A stretch of DNA of 64,000 bases from Candidatus Latescibacterota bacterium (GCA_965226795.1 CBDDDZ010000002.1:576001-640000), one strand, 5' to 3'. Positions 48,900-59,300 are shown, counted from the first letter of the stretch. Notes: generated from the sequence alone by a model not told the origin. Program-made: numbers and translations.

Positions 48900-51077
48900 A
48901 TGGAGATTCAGGTTCGAGGGCGAGTGATTGAAGATCCGTCGGGACGCGGCCTGGCCGGGGTTTCCGTCTCGAACGGTGAGCGGATTGTTCAGACGAATGC
49001 GGAGGGTCGGTACGAACTCCAGGTGGAACCCGGGTCGCACCGGTTCGTGTTTATCACGCTTCCGGACGGGTTTTCTGCGCCGGATGGGTACTACCGATCC
49101 ACGTGGAACTGGTCGGAGACGCGCGACGGTGTGGATTTCCGGCTTTCGCCGTCTCCCGAACGGGCCGGACGGTCGTTCACGCTCGTGCAGATTACCGATA
49201 CGCACGTCGTTACCGAAGGAGAAACGCTCACGTCGGGAGCCGTGCTTACGGAAGCCCTGCAGCGGCTCGAACGGGAGGCCGGACCCGATCTGATCGTGGC
49301 CAGCGGGGATCTGACGGATTGGGGAACCGTCGAACAGTTGACCGCCTTTCGCAATGCGGTCGAGAAGATTTCGGCGCCCGTATTTCCGTTGTTCGGCGGA
49401 CACGACGGGAACGAAGAGCGCACCGGCGGTATTTCCGTTGATGCGTTCGTAGGACTGAAGACGACGCCGAATAACCCGAAGCTTAAGGAAATCGAAAAGA
49501 AAAACGCCGGCAAGCCCGCTACGCTGCACTTCGAGGAGGTGCTGGGGCCCGCATATTACAGCCTTGATTGGGGCGGGCGGCACTTTGTGTTCTACCCCAA
49601 CGAACAGTCGTACTTCTCGACGTTGGACCTCGAACGCAAGGAAGGATGGTTCTGGGCGGACCTGGCGCTGCAGCCCGAAGACCGCGAAATTGTGGTTGTC
49701 GTGCATACCCCGCCGGCGGATTCGTTTCTTTGCGCGTTGAGTCGGTTCAACGTTCAAATTCTCCTTCATGGACACTGGCACTCCAGCAAGGTATTTTCGT
49801 ACGGTGATATGGTCGTGGCCGCCACCCCGCCGATCTGTTTCGGGGGGATCGACACCTCCCCCAGGGGCTACCGCCTGGTACGGTTCGAAGAGAATAGTTC
49901 GTCCATGGAAGCGGGCGTGCTGCAGTCCGCGGACGCCTCGCGAGCGTCTCAGGAACGGACGCCACCGGAAATCGGATTCGACGGCGTTGCACTGCATCTG
50001 CGCTGGGAGGGACGGATTCCGGGCGGGCTCCACCGGGCGGCGCCCGCGTTGTCCGGAGAGCGCGTGTTTCTGAGCCTGCGCGACGAGGGCTGGCCTGGAC
50101 GAACCGGAATCTGCTGCGTCGACGCAACGAGCGGGGACATGCTCTGGCATGCGCCTACGGATGCGGCGGTCAAGAACAGCCCCGCTATTGATGGCAACGT
50201 ATGCACGGCTGTTTCCGTCACCGGCCGGGTGCACGCGTTCGAGACGGCTTCCGGCGGCCCGTTGTGGGAGGCGGACCTGCCCGGGTATCCCGGGCGCTGG
50301 ATTTACACGTCTCCGGTTATTGCGGATGGAACGGTGTACGCAGGCGCCAAGTCCGGTTACGCTGCCTTCGATCTGACGTCGGGGCGTCGGCGTTGGCATA
50401 CGGTTAACGAAGGCAGTGACAATTGGGCCTGTTACGCCGGCCCTCAGGTTTCCGGCGACCTGCTTGTTCTGCTCGTGCAGCGGATGGGTCTTGTGGCGCT
50501 GGACCGCGAGACGGGGGACGTCGTCTGGGAACGGCCGATCGGGGTGGATTACCCCTATGCAGCGCCGGTCCTGTCGGGAGACCTGATCCTGAGCGGCGGC
50601 GGCGCATCCGACCTTCACCATTTCACGGGGAAAGCATCGCCACTCATCGCGGTGCGGGCGGAATCGGGCAGTGTCGTCTGGAACAGACCGATCCTGCCGT
50701 CCAGATATCCCACGGGACTGCTGGTTCACGACGAGCGGATCTATGCGACCACCCCAGAGGGCGAGGCTCTATGCTTTGACCTGGATGACGGTGCGTTGCA
50801 CTGGCGGTTCCGGACAGGAGATGACTTGCTGGATATGGTTCCCTATCGCAGGGGGGTGCGGTCCATCCTGGCCGCTCCGGTGATGTTCGAGGATCTTCTT
50901 CTGGTCGCCGGGTGCGACGGGATTCTCTATGCCCTGGATCACGCTTCGGGCCGATGCCTGGGCAGCGCTTCCTTCGACTCGCCGATTACGGCGCCTCCAT
51001 GTGCGGTGGAGGGCGGGCTGGTTGTGGGTACGTATGACGGGCGGGTCTTTTGTTTTGAAAGAACGGGGTACAAGTAA
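48900..51077 (+). CDS. Metallophosphoesterase (with N-terminal Ig-like domain) fused to a PQQ-like beta-propeller
   Basis: 'GVSVSNG', 'TDTH', 'SGDLTD', 'GGHD', 'HGHWH', then repeated PQQ/BamB-type blades. Confidence 0.82.
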   Translation: MEIQVRGRVIEDPSGRGLAGVSVSNGERIVQTNAEGRYELQVEPGSHRFVFITLPDGFSAPDGYYRSTWNWSETRDGVDFRLSPSPERAGRSFTLVQITDTHVVTEGETLTSGAVLTEALQRLEREAGPDLIVASGDLTDWGTVEQLTAFRNAVEKISAPVFPLFGGHDGNEERTGGISVDAFVGLKTTPNNPKLKEIEKKNAGKPATLHFEEVLGPAYYSLDWGGRHFVFYPNEQSYFSTLDLERKEGWFWADLALQPEDREIVVVVHTPPADSFLCALSRFNVQILLHGHWHSSKVFSYGDMVVAATPPICFGGIDTSPRGYRLVRFEENSSSMEAGVLQSADASRASQERTPPEIGFDGVALHLRWEGRIPGGLHRAAPALSGERVFLSLRDEGWPGRTGICCVDATSGDMLWHAPTDAAVKNSPAIDGNVCTAVSVTGRVHAFETASGGPLWEADLPGYPGRWIYTSPVIADGTVYAGAKSGYAAFDLTSGRRRWHTVNEGSDNWACYAGPQVSGDLLVLLVQRMGLVALDRETGDVVWERPIGVDYPYAAPVLSGDLILSGGGASDLHHFTGKASPLIAVRAESGSVVWNRPILPSRYPTGLLVHDERIYATTPEGEALCFDLDDGALHWRFRTGDDLLDMVPYRRGVRSILAAPVMFEDLLLVAGCDGILYALDHASGRCLGSASFDSPITAPPCAVEGGLVVGTYDGRVFCFERTGYK

Positions 51078-52351
51078 TGAAGAAGGTAGACCCCGTTGCG
51101 GTGTGGGATGTGCGGCCGTGGGGATGCGATACGTTCCGTGTTGACGATTTCAACGGCGACGGTAAGCATGAGGTGCTTTTTCTGCAGACGTCGGGATGCC
51201 ATGCCGACAGGCGGCACGATCCGAGGGTTCCGGAGTTCAGGGCCTACAAGACCGGCATCGAGGAGCAGGAATTGTTCTGTATGACGCTGGTGGATGGTGA
51301 GGGGAATATCCTGTGGCAGGTGGGAGAACCCTGGGCGCTGGACAGGCCCTTTTCGTGGAACGGGCACTGGAACGAGTTCTGCCACGTGGTGGATTTCGAC
51401 GGCGACGGGCAGGTGGAGATTCTGTTCGTGCACAAGGACGATTTGCGGATCTACGACGGGGCGACCGGGGCGCTGCGCCATCAGGCAGAGATGCCCCACC
51501 CGGGGGCGTATTACACCCGTGCGGTGAGGACCGATCATTCGGGGAAGTACCAAATTTTCGCGCACGTAGATCCCTGTTTTCTGCTGAATTCAAATTTCGA
51601 CGTGGTCTGGGAGAGAGACGCGCCCGGGGCGCTGCCCGGACATTTCGGGTGTTTTGCGGACGTGGACGGGGACGGGCTGGACGAACTGCTGGCCGGGTTC
51701 AGCCTGTTCGACCACGACGGCACGCCGCTGTGGGCCCATCCGCCTGCATCGGAGGGGGACCACCTGGACGACGCCCGCATCGCGGATATCGACGGGGACG
51801 GCCAACTGGAAATCGCCCTGGCGCACGACGGGCGCGACGCGGTGGTTCACAACGACGACGGTACCGAGCGGTTTCGCGTAAAGATGCACCACTGCCAGAA
51901 TATCCTGATCGGGAAATTTTTCGCCGATACGCCCGGGCTGCAGCTGGTTTTGATGGATAAGACAATCGGTCCGGCCGGAAAAAGGGAAGGGGTGGTTGTG
52001 GACGCCGAGGGAAGAGAGCTGTCCCGCCATCTCAATCTGGGGTACTATTCGTCCATTAACTGGGCCACCGATGTGGGTCCTTCGAGTCTGATCCGCGTGG
52101 AACGGCCGGTGGATCCGGATGGTGAGCACCGGGTGATGTGGGTTGCGCCTACTGGCGAGGAACTGGCCAGTTTAAAGGTGCGTTCGAGCTTTTACGACCG
52201 TATCCGACGGCACGGGCTGGACAGGCTTCCCGGACGGGGCCGGTATTACGGAACGGCCCATAGCCCGGCAATTGGCGATGTGAACGGAGACGGGTGCGAT
52301 GAATTGCTGGTGACGGATCGCGAGAGCGTGTGGGTTTTTGAGCGGCCGTGA
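51077..52351 (+). CDS. FG-GAP-repeat protein (rhamnogalacturonan lyase-like propeller)
   Basis: Five D-x-[DN]-GDG-xx-E calcium-blade motifs; 'GDHLD'. Confidence 0.7.
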   Translation: MKKVDPVAVWDVRPWGCDTFRVDDFNGDGKHEVLFLQTSGCHADRRHDPRVPEFRAYKTGIEEQELFCMTLVDGEGNILWQVGEPWALDRPFSWNGHWNEFCHVVDFDGDGQVEILFVHKDDLRIYDGATGALRHQAEMPHPGAYYTRAVRTDHSGKYQIFAHVDPCFLLNSNFDVVWERDAPGALPGHFGCFADVDGDGLDELLAGFSLFDHDGTPLWAHPPASEGDHLDDARIADIDGDGQLEIALAHDGRDAVVHNDDGTERFRVKMHHCQNILIGKFFADTPGLQLVLMDKTIGPAGKREGVVVDAEGRELSRHLNLGYYSSINWATDVGPSSLIRVERPVDPDGEHRVMWVAPTGEELASLKVRSSFYDRIRRHGLDRLPGRGRYYGTAHSPAIGDVNGDGCDELLVTDRESVWVFERP

Positions 52352-53562
52352 GGAAGGGAAACCCTTCAGGAGTGAAGTCCGGAATGCAACCGTTCTTTTC
52401 TGTTGCGCGATTCGATCGGCTTCTGGAATCGGCCGACATGGAGGCGATGCTGTTCTGCCGTCCCGCCTCCTTCCTCTATTTTACGACGTTGCCCTGGTAT
52501 GAAAGGGTCCATTTTTCCGATATGCCGGGACAATATGTCGTGCCGATCGCCGGATACGTTCGCGGTCGCCCGGATCAGGCTTTTTCCACGGCGTCGGCTC
52601 AGATGGATTTCCCGGATTTCAAGGCCCGGAATATCTGGATTCCGGATGTTCGTCCCACAATGGGCGCGGCGTCGTACGAGCGGCAGGCCGAGCATATCAT
52701 CCGGGTTCTCCGCGAAAAGGGCGTTCAGTCGGGCCAGGTGGGCATCGAACGGGGCACGCTTTCCCACGACCTGGTCGCGGCGCTTGATGCTCTCGCTCCC
52801 GATATCCGCTGGACGGAGAGCCGGGAGATACTCTTCAAACTCCAGGAGTTCAAGTCCAACGAAGAATTGGACAGGCTCAGGGCGGCCTGCCGGATCACGG
52901 AAAAGGGGATGATGCGCGTATTCGACCGTCTCGCTGCCGATGTGACCCCCGAGGAACTGATGGACGTCTATGTAAGATCCACCGCGGGACTCTATGCGGA
53001 GCGTTTCGGACATTTTTTTTCGGTCCACTTCAAGGATTTCCACTTTACCGGCCGCGAGTTGAAGGGTCCTCCCCTGAAGCCGGAGACACTCATTCATATC
53101 GACGTGTCAACTGTCTACAAGGGACTCATCTCGGATATCGGGAGGAATTTTTATTTCGGCGCTTCGGTGCCGCCGGAAGTGGAGCGGTGCAGTCTGGCCT
53201 GCACAAGAACAACGCAGGTCGTTTTCGACCATTTGAAACCCGGAATCTCCTGCGCCAAGGTGGACAGCTTGTCGAAAGACGTCCTTTTTGATTCGCTGGG
53301 CGATCCGACAGGCCTCAACGTGGGCTTTCATTCGCACGGAATCGGCTGGATTCTGTACAGCTATCCGTTAATTTCTCCCGAACCGGAAGGTGAAATCCTT
53401 CCCGGCCATGCGTTCACGCTGGAGTACAAGGTGAAATATCCCGGCATTGGACACTTCAAGTGCGAAGATACATTTGCGATGCACGAAAATGGTCCGGAAT
53501 GCCTCTGCGGGCTCGAGCGGAAGCTCTTCGTGCAGTCGGGCGACGCTCCGAAGGGCGGGTGA
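52348..53562 (+). CDS. M24-family (Xaa-Pro peptidase-like) metallohydrolase
   Basis: 'KSNEE', metal ligands in 'HIDV', 'SDIGR', 'HGIG', 'LEY', 'EDT'. Start is GTG 52348 or ATG 52384. Confidence 0.85.
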   Translation: MRKGNPSGVKSGMQPFFSVARFDRLLESADMEAMLFCRPASFLYFTTLPWYERVHFSDMPGQYVVPIAGYVRGRPDQAFSTASAQMDFPDFKARNIWIPDVRPTMGAASYERQAEHIIRVLREKGVQSGQVGIERGTLSHDLVAALDALAPDIRWTESREILFKLQEFKSNEELDRLRAACRITEKGMMRVFDRLAADVTPEELMDVYVRSTAGLYAERFGHFFSVHFKDFHFTGRELKGPPLKPETLIHIDVSTVYKGLISDIGRNFYFGASVPPEVERCSLACTRTTQVVFDHLKPGISCAKVDSLSKDVLFDSLGDPTGLNVGFHSHGIGWILYSYPLISPEPEGEILPGHAFTLEYKVKYPGIGHFKCEDTFAMHENGPECLCGLERKLFVQSGDAPKGG

Positions 53563-53629
53563 TCGGGAGCGGCTCAGGGGCCACAGTGTCGGAGAACGTT
53601 TCAGCCCGTTCCACCGGTCTCCAATCGCC

Positions 53630-53720
53630 TTTGCCTTTTCTAACGTCTTCCGTCTCAAGTCTTACCCTGGATTGGGTTGGATGGGCGGTGTAACCGCTGA
53701 AAGCTCGTTTCTCAGACCAA
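53630..53720 (+). repeat. Dispersed intergenic repeat, partial copy C
   Basis: TTGCCTTTTCTAACGTCTTCCGTCTCAAGTCTTACCCTGGATTGGGT...TGAAAGCTCGTTTCTCAGACCA resembles the 3' half of copy B. Confidence 0.6.
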
Positions 53721-53734
53721 CGGGAGTTTCAGGT

Positions 53735-55168
53735 ATGTATCAAGGGGTTTTGTACGCAGGTGCGGCCCAACGGGTGATTACACCGCCGGTAGGCGTGTCG
53801 ATGTCCGGGTGGAACCCCCGGGCCTCAGGCGATATCAAGTCGCGTTACGTACACGACGATCTGTATGCCAGGGCTCTGGTGCTGTCCAACGGTGAACGGG
53901 CGTGGGCCCTGGTTACCGTCGATCTGACGGGGGTGGACGCGGTCGCGACCGGGCAGATCCGCCGCGGCGCCGCGGCGGTGACGGGGCTTTGTCCCGAAGC
54001 GATTATGATCTGCGCGACCCACACGCACTCGGGGCCGGCGTTCTGCCCCGTGGCCACGACGTACAGCCCGGAGGATATGGCCCGCCTCACCGTAAGGGGA
54101 GATGGCTCGGCGCCCGCCGCCATGGGCGAGGTCACGGCGGTCTCGCCCTCCGCCAGTTGGGTGGGCGAGACAGGCATGGAATGGAAGTCGTGGTTTGTCG
54201 CGCAGGCGGTCGCGGCCGTGGAGGAGGCCTATGATGCGCGGCGACCTGCCGCGGTGGGGTTCGGAGAGGCCCCGGTCGAGGGCGTGGCCAGTTCGAGACG
54301 CGTTCTGATGTCGGACGGGAGTTGGGGAGATCCGAGGCGGGAGTCCGTCGATGGCGTCCGGGTGGTTTCGCGTACGCGGATCGATCCACTGGTGCGGGTG
54401 TTCGCCGTGAGGGAGCAGGGGACCGAAGCGCCGCTGGCGGCAGTGATCAACTACGGCACCCATCCGTGGATTTTCTGCGGATCGGGCATCTCCGCCGAAA
54501 TCGCGGGCGCGGCGGCTGATCGGGTGTCGGAAACGTGGGCGCGCGAAGGGTCCGAACCGCCGGTCGTACTCTATACCGCCGGACCGGAGGGCGACGTCAC
54601 CACAATCTGGAATATCGATATTGAGGCCGTGTGGAAGACCCGACCGGGCGAGGATCCCGAAGCGAGCCTGGCAAGACGGGAGCGGGGATTCGAACGGGAA
54701 CTGGCGCGTCTGAGCGGGCGGGTGGCGCACGGGGCGATGTCGGCGATCGGCGGCGTGGCGGCCTGGGATGCGACGCCGGAGGTGTGGGCCCGCCGGCGGG
54801 AGGTGGCGCTGCCTCTGAAGGAGGGGTACCGCCACGTGGAAGACGTCCTCCTGGCCGATTGGCAGCGTGCGGCGCCGGAATCCCATCACCTCACGGAAGT
54901 ACAGGCGCTGGGGGTGGGTGAGGGGGTCTTTCTGGGGCTTCCTGGAGAACCGTTTACGTCTCTTGGCACGGCAATCCGGGAGCAGTCCGGTTCCCGCCAA
55001 CTGGTGATTGCCGCGCTTGCGAACGAGTTCGGCGCCATCAGCTACGTCGCCGACCGGGAGGCCTTCGACCTGGGAGGGTACGAGACCGCGTTCACTCCCG
55101 TGGGTTCGGGTGGTGGCGAGGCGCTGGTGGATGGCGCGATCGGGCTGTTGGGCGAGACGTTAGATTAA
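53735..55168 (+). CDS. Neutral/alkaline ceramidase-like amidohydrolase
   Basis: 'ITPPVG', 'HDDLYARALVL', 'ATHTHSGP', 'NYGTHP', 'PGEPF', 'GGYE'. Confidence 0.82.
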   Translation: MYQGVLYAGAAQRVITPPVGVSMSGWNPRASGDIKSRYVHDDLYARALVLSNGERAWALVTVDLTGVDAVATGQIRRGAAAVTGLCPEAIMICATHTHSGPAFCPVATTYSPEDMARLTVRGDGSAPAAMGEVTAVSPSASWVGETGMEWKSWFVAQAVAAVEEAYDARRPAAVGFGEAPVEGVASSRRVLMSDGSWGDPRRESVDGVRVVSRTRIDPLVRVFAVREQGTEAPLAAVINYGTHPWIFCGSGISAEIAGAAADRVSETWAREGSEPPVVLYTAGPEGDVTTIWNIDIEAVWKTRPGEDPEASLARRERGFERELARLSGRVAHGAMSAIGGVAAWDATPEVWARRREVALPLKEGYRHVEDVLLADWQRAAPESHHLTEVQALGVGEGVFLGLPGEPFTSLGTAIREQSGSRQLVIAALANEFGAISYVADREAFDLGGYETAFTPVGSGGGEALVDGAIGLLGETLD

Positions 55169-55230
55169 AGGTTTGTGAAGGAGGGCTGACTTCGAGAGTC
55201 TTGTACACCCTTCACAGAGGATTAAACACG

Positions 55231-55965
55231 ATGACAGGGATTGAACCTGCACCCCGTTTGACGGACCTGAGCGGCGCCAGAATTGGACTGCTGGATCCGG
55301 GAAAGCGCAATACCGGCGCCGTCCTCAACGCGATTGGGGAACGCCTTGCAGAAGATTTCGGTGCGAATGTGATTCGTACCTGGACGAAAACGTCGGCATA
55401 TCGCGTAAGCTCGAAGAAACTCGTCGAAGAGATCGTTCCCCAATGCGATGGCCTTGTCATGGGGATGGTCGACTGATGCGGCGCCAGTTCGTGCAGTCTG
55501 CACGATATGCTGGAATTCGAACTGAGAGGCGTTCCGACTGCATATATCACGGCCAGGGGTCGTGTTCCGGCAATCGAACGTATTGAAGGCGGACATCTCT
55601 TGACGCATCGATTGGATAGGGATCTGGCGGCGAAATGGGACGATTCCGGCCAACCGTCCGATCGGCTTCAACGTGACCTTATCCATTTTGGGTTTCATCG
55701 GTTCATGAGGGCGAGTGGGGTGAAAGAGGGCGATCACGTAATCATGGGGGGTAAGAAACTCCGGTGGACCTATCCACGGAAAGAGTTGGAAGCCCGTGTC
55801 AAGCCTGCCGGAATCGGCGCCTGGTCGAGCCGTAAGGACGGTATCATCGGCTACAGAAGCATCGATTTGTCTCCGGACCGCGCACCTGTCGAAGGCGATG
55901 ATTTCGAAGCGTGTGTCCGGATAGCCGTTCCGGAGGTTGTCTCGATTTTGACGGGAGTTAAGTGA
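55231..55965 (+). CDS. UGSC-family-like selenoprotein (Sec at TGA 55474-55476), 244 aa, with an inserted Obg-CTD-like domain
   Basis: Track ORFs 55201 and 55507 are in the same frame, separated only by TGA: ...GLVMGMVD-U-CGASSCSLHDMLEFELRGVPT...; the N-half 'LSGARIGLLDPGKRN' and C-half both fit the UGSC family; SECIS hairpin follows. Confidence 0.85.
55474..55505 (+). promoter_or_regulatory. Bacterial SECIS element
   Basis: TGA, 12 nt, then TCGTGC-AGTCT-GCACGA; closely resembles the apical UGC-AGGUCU-GCA hairpin and spacing of the E. coli fdhF SECIS. Confidence 0.8.
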
Positions 55966-55987
55966 TCATGGTCCCGTCGGCAGCCCC

Positions 55988-56150
55988 GGGCTTGTCGAGA
56001 CGATCGTTGAGCCAGTCGAAGCGTGGTCATTGAGCTTGTCGAAATGCCCGCATATATACAACAAGCAGATATTTTAGAGAGCGCTAATGTTTCGTTACCC
56101 TTCGCCGACCCTTCGACAAGCTCAGGGAGCGGCTCAGAGTGCGGGCTCAG
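55988..56150. repeat. REP/MITE-like palindromic element, copy 2
   Basis: TGAGCTTGTCGAAATGCCCGC...CCCTTCGCCGACCCTTCGACAAGCTCAGGGAGCGGCTCAG; shared with 14615-14745. Confidence 0.75.
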
Positions 56151-56200
56151 CGTCGGTCTGCCGGAGGGACGGTGCGCGAAGAGAAACTATGAAATAGTCC

Positions 56201-56230
56201 TTGACAAACCGCAAAATCGTAACGTATTTT
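56201..56230 (+). promoter_or_regulatory. Putative sigma70 promoter for the TBDR operon
   Basis: TTGACA-18 bp-TATTTT in an AT-rich stretch. Confidence 0.45.
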
Positions 56231-56371
56231 AAATAGTAGAAATTTCTTAGGACGGCGTTGCATGTTGCAACAGGATACATTGTTTCGCGATCGGTGCGGA
56301 ATAGTAATTCTCGAGTTTCCAGGCGGAATTTCACTCGATTCTCGCTCTGGATCTTTAGGTAATACATATGG

Positions 56372-59300
56372 ATGGGGGATACCGGAATGGACAGGCCGAA
56401 GACTAATCTGGTTGTCACGTTAGCGATCCTTACGGTTTTTGCGTTATCCGGCGCGGCGTTGGCCGGTACTACGGGCAAAATCGTTGGAACGGTGATCGAC
56501 GAGAACGGGGAGCCGCTGCCCGGCGCCAGTGTGGTCCTCGAAGGGACGCGGCTGGGCGCTTCCACGGATGCCGAGGGGTTCTACATTATTCTTTCCGCCG
56601 ATCCGGCAATGTACAAGATGACGGCTTCGATGGTTGGCTACCATTCGGTGACACAGGAGCAGATCCAGGTCCGGTCGGATTTCACCGTGACGCTGGATTT
56701 TCGGCTTCGTGAACAGGAGTTGGAGTTGGAGGAGATGGTTGTCGTTGCTGAAGCCCCTCCCGTGGAGCCGGACAAGACGGAGAGCCGGTACGTGGTGACC
56801 GCCCAGGATATCGCGCGGACGCCAATTCTCAGAGACCCCTCCGAGTTTGTCGCGCTGGAGGCGGGTGTGGCGGTGGACGGCAGCGGCGTTATTCGCGGCG
56901 GTCAGGTGGAAGACAATCTGATCTACGTGGACGGCGTGCGGCTGCAGAGCCAGGACGGGCGCGCCGGACCCACGTCATCCGGAAGGCAGTGGTGGGGCGC
57001 CAACGTAAAGGCGTTGCAGGAGGTCTCCGTGATCACCGGCGGGATGAACGCCGAGTACGGAAACGCGCAGGCGGGTGTGGTGCAGATGGTGACGCGGGAT
57101 GGAGGATCGACGTACCACGGGGAGGCCGAGTATCGGCTGACGCCCGGCGGCAAGAAACACTGGGGCGCCAACATATACGACGCGCCGGAACACCGCGGGC
57201 ACATGCGGTGGAACGATCCCGCGTGGACATCCGAGGTGGATCCGGAGACCGGCGCGCTTGTTCACCAGCGCACAAACTATACGGATCAGCGGGGTCACTA
57301 TTTCGACGGATATCTCGGCGGCCCTCTCCTCCCGGAAACGTCCTTTTTCATCAGTTCGCGGCACCGCCGGGATGCCGCGGCATTTCCGGGGGCATGGTCT
57401 GTTCTTCCGTTCAATTCCCGGAACACGGCAAAGTTGACCATCCGGGCGCACGATAGTGTCAAGATGCAAATCGGGTGGATTCACGACCGTTGGAAGACTT
57501 TCAACAACGGCGGGCTGGGCGGGACAACCCCGTCTGTCAGCAACGTGCTCAGGGGCCCGGGCCGCGACATTTTTCTGCCCGAAGGGTCGCCCGCGGGGGA
57601 AACGGTCAACACCGAGAACGTCGTCTATGGCGTGATAACGCACACGGTCAGCCCACGGACCTTCTACGAATTGAGACTTTCGCGGTATCAGAGCACACAG
57701 GATACCAGCGGCGTTTCGAACACGACGGCGGACATAGGAAGCGATTCGGATGGCTGGTTCTACACCGGCCGGGCGGACGTTCGCGCGTATACCTTCGGCA
57801 AACAGACACGGAGCGGTCTGAAGTTCGACCTGTCAAGCCAACTCACGAAAACGCATTTCTACAAGATCGGGATCGATTTCACGGGCTATAGCAATCATTT
57901 CATTCGTGAAGGCAACACACCCGGTGACGCGCGGAAACAGATCCTGTATATTGGCAACCCGGAACCCGGAACGCCTATCGAGCCCAAGCAGTTCGCGGCC
58001 TATATCCAGGACAAGATGGAGTTCGAGGGTTTCATTGTAAACGCCGGTATCCGCTACGACCGCTTCTGGGGCGCCGACGTCCCGGTGATGGGGGCGTTGC
58101 GGGCGTTCCAGTACACGACGATGTCGCGGTATCTTACGGCGCCCAGGTACCCCATGAAGCCCCTCGTGAACTGGAGTCCTCGGTTGGGTATCTCCCACCC
58201 GATCACGTACAGGTCGAGCCTCCATTTCTTCTACGGTCATTTCTACCAGTTGCCGAGTTTTTATCAGATGTTCCACGACCAGTGGTTCGGCTCGGGCGAC
58301 GGGATACCGGGCATCGGCTTCAGCGAATACACCAGCCACTACCGTCCGGCAACCACGTCCATTGCGCGGCCGATGTGGGACAATACGGCGCGAACGATCA
58401 GCTTCGAACTGGGCGCCGACTGGAACTTCGTGTCCGACTATACCCTCGCGCTGGCGACGTTCTATAAGAGCGCTTCGTTCCAGGAAACCGGGGGTTGGGA
58501 CGTGTTCCTGTACCCGGAGTTGCGTGGGGCGGGCGTCCGCCTCCGCCAGCGGCTCACCAGCAGCCTGTCCAATATCCGCCTTGAAGACACGCGGGGCCTG
58601 GAATTCAGCTTGAGGAAGGGTTTCAGCCACTACTTCTCGTTCCGCGCGGCCCTCAACCTGGCCTGGAGCGACTACAGCCTCGGAGGGGGCGGCACCGTCA
58701 GCAACGGCGCAACAGTGATACCGGATTCGAATTACATTGCCAGCGGCAATTATTTCTTCGCGTGGGAGGTCGCGGGCGGCTCGGAGCGTCCGGTTACCCT
58801 TACGGATGAACAGATCCGGATCATCGGTCACGGCGCCAACGAAGCCATAAAAGCCGCACAGGCGGACCGGCGGGTCGCTGGAGGTTACGTCTACGACATG
58901 TCGACAAACAAGGACGCCATCGTGCCCACGTGGGAGGAAAACTGGTTATCCGAAGCGGCCGCCGAGGGGTCCCGGGGCCTGTGGATCGTGCATGGACACA
59001 GGGCGAATCCGGGCACGGACGTGGGCCGCCGGAGCCAGGGTAGTCTCCAGATGTTCCTGTCCACGCCGCAGGATTTCGGTACGGGGCCGAATATTGCGGG
59101 AAGCACGCTTCTGGGGGGCATCAACGCCAACCTGATCTACCGGATCTATACCGGATCGCAGTTTACGTATCTGGTCCTGGACGGTACGCGCCAGGTAGCG
59201 CGAGGACCATTGCGCACGGCTATGGATCTGAACTTGCAGAAACGCTTCGAAATCGGTCGGGCCAATGCCGACGTGTTCCTGGAGGTCTTCAATCTGTTCA

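Noticed and set aside
48216..50729. 837-aa minus-strand ORF, and other long antisense ORFs such as 39665-41512, 1969-3366 and 43922-45211
   Set aside because: Shadows of well-supported plus-strand genes in GC-rich DNA; Arg/Pro-rich with no recognisable motifs.
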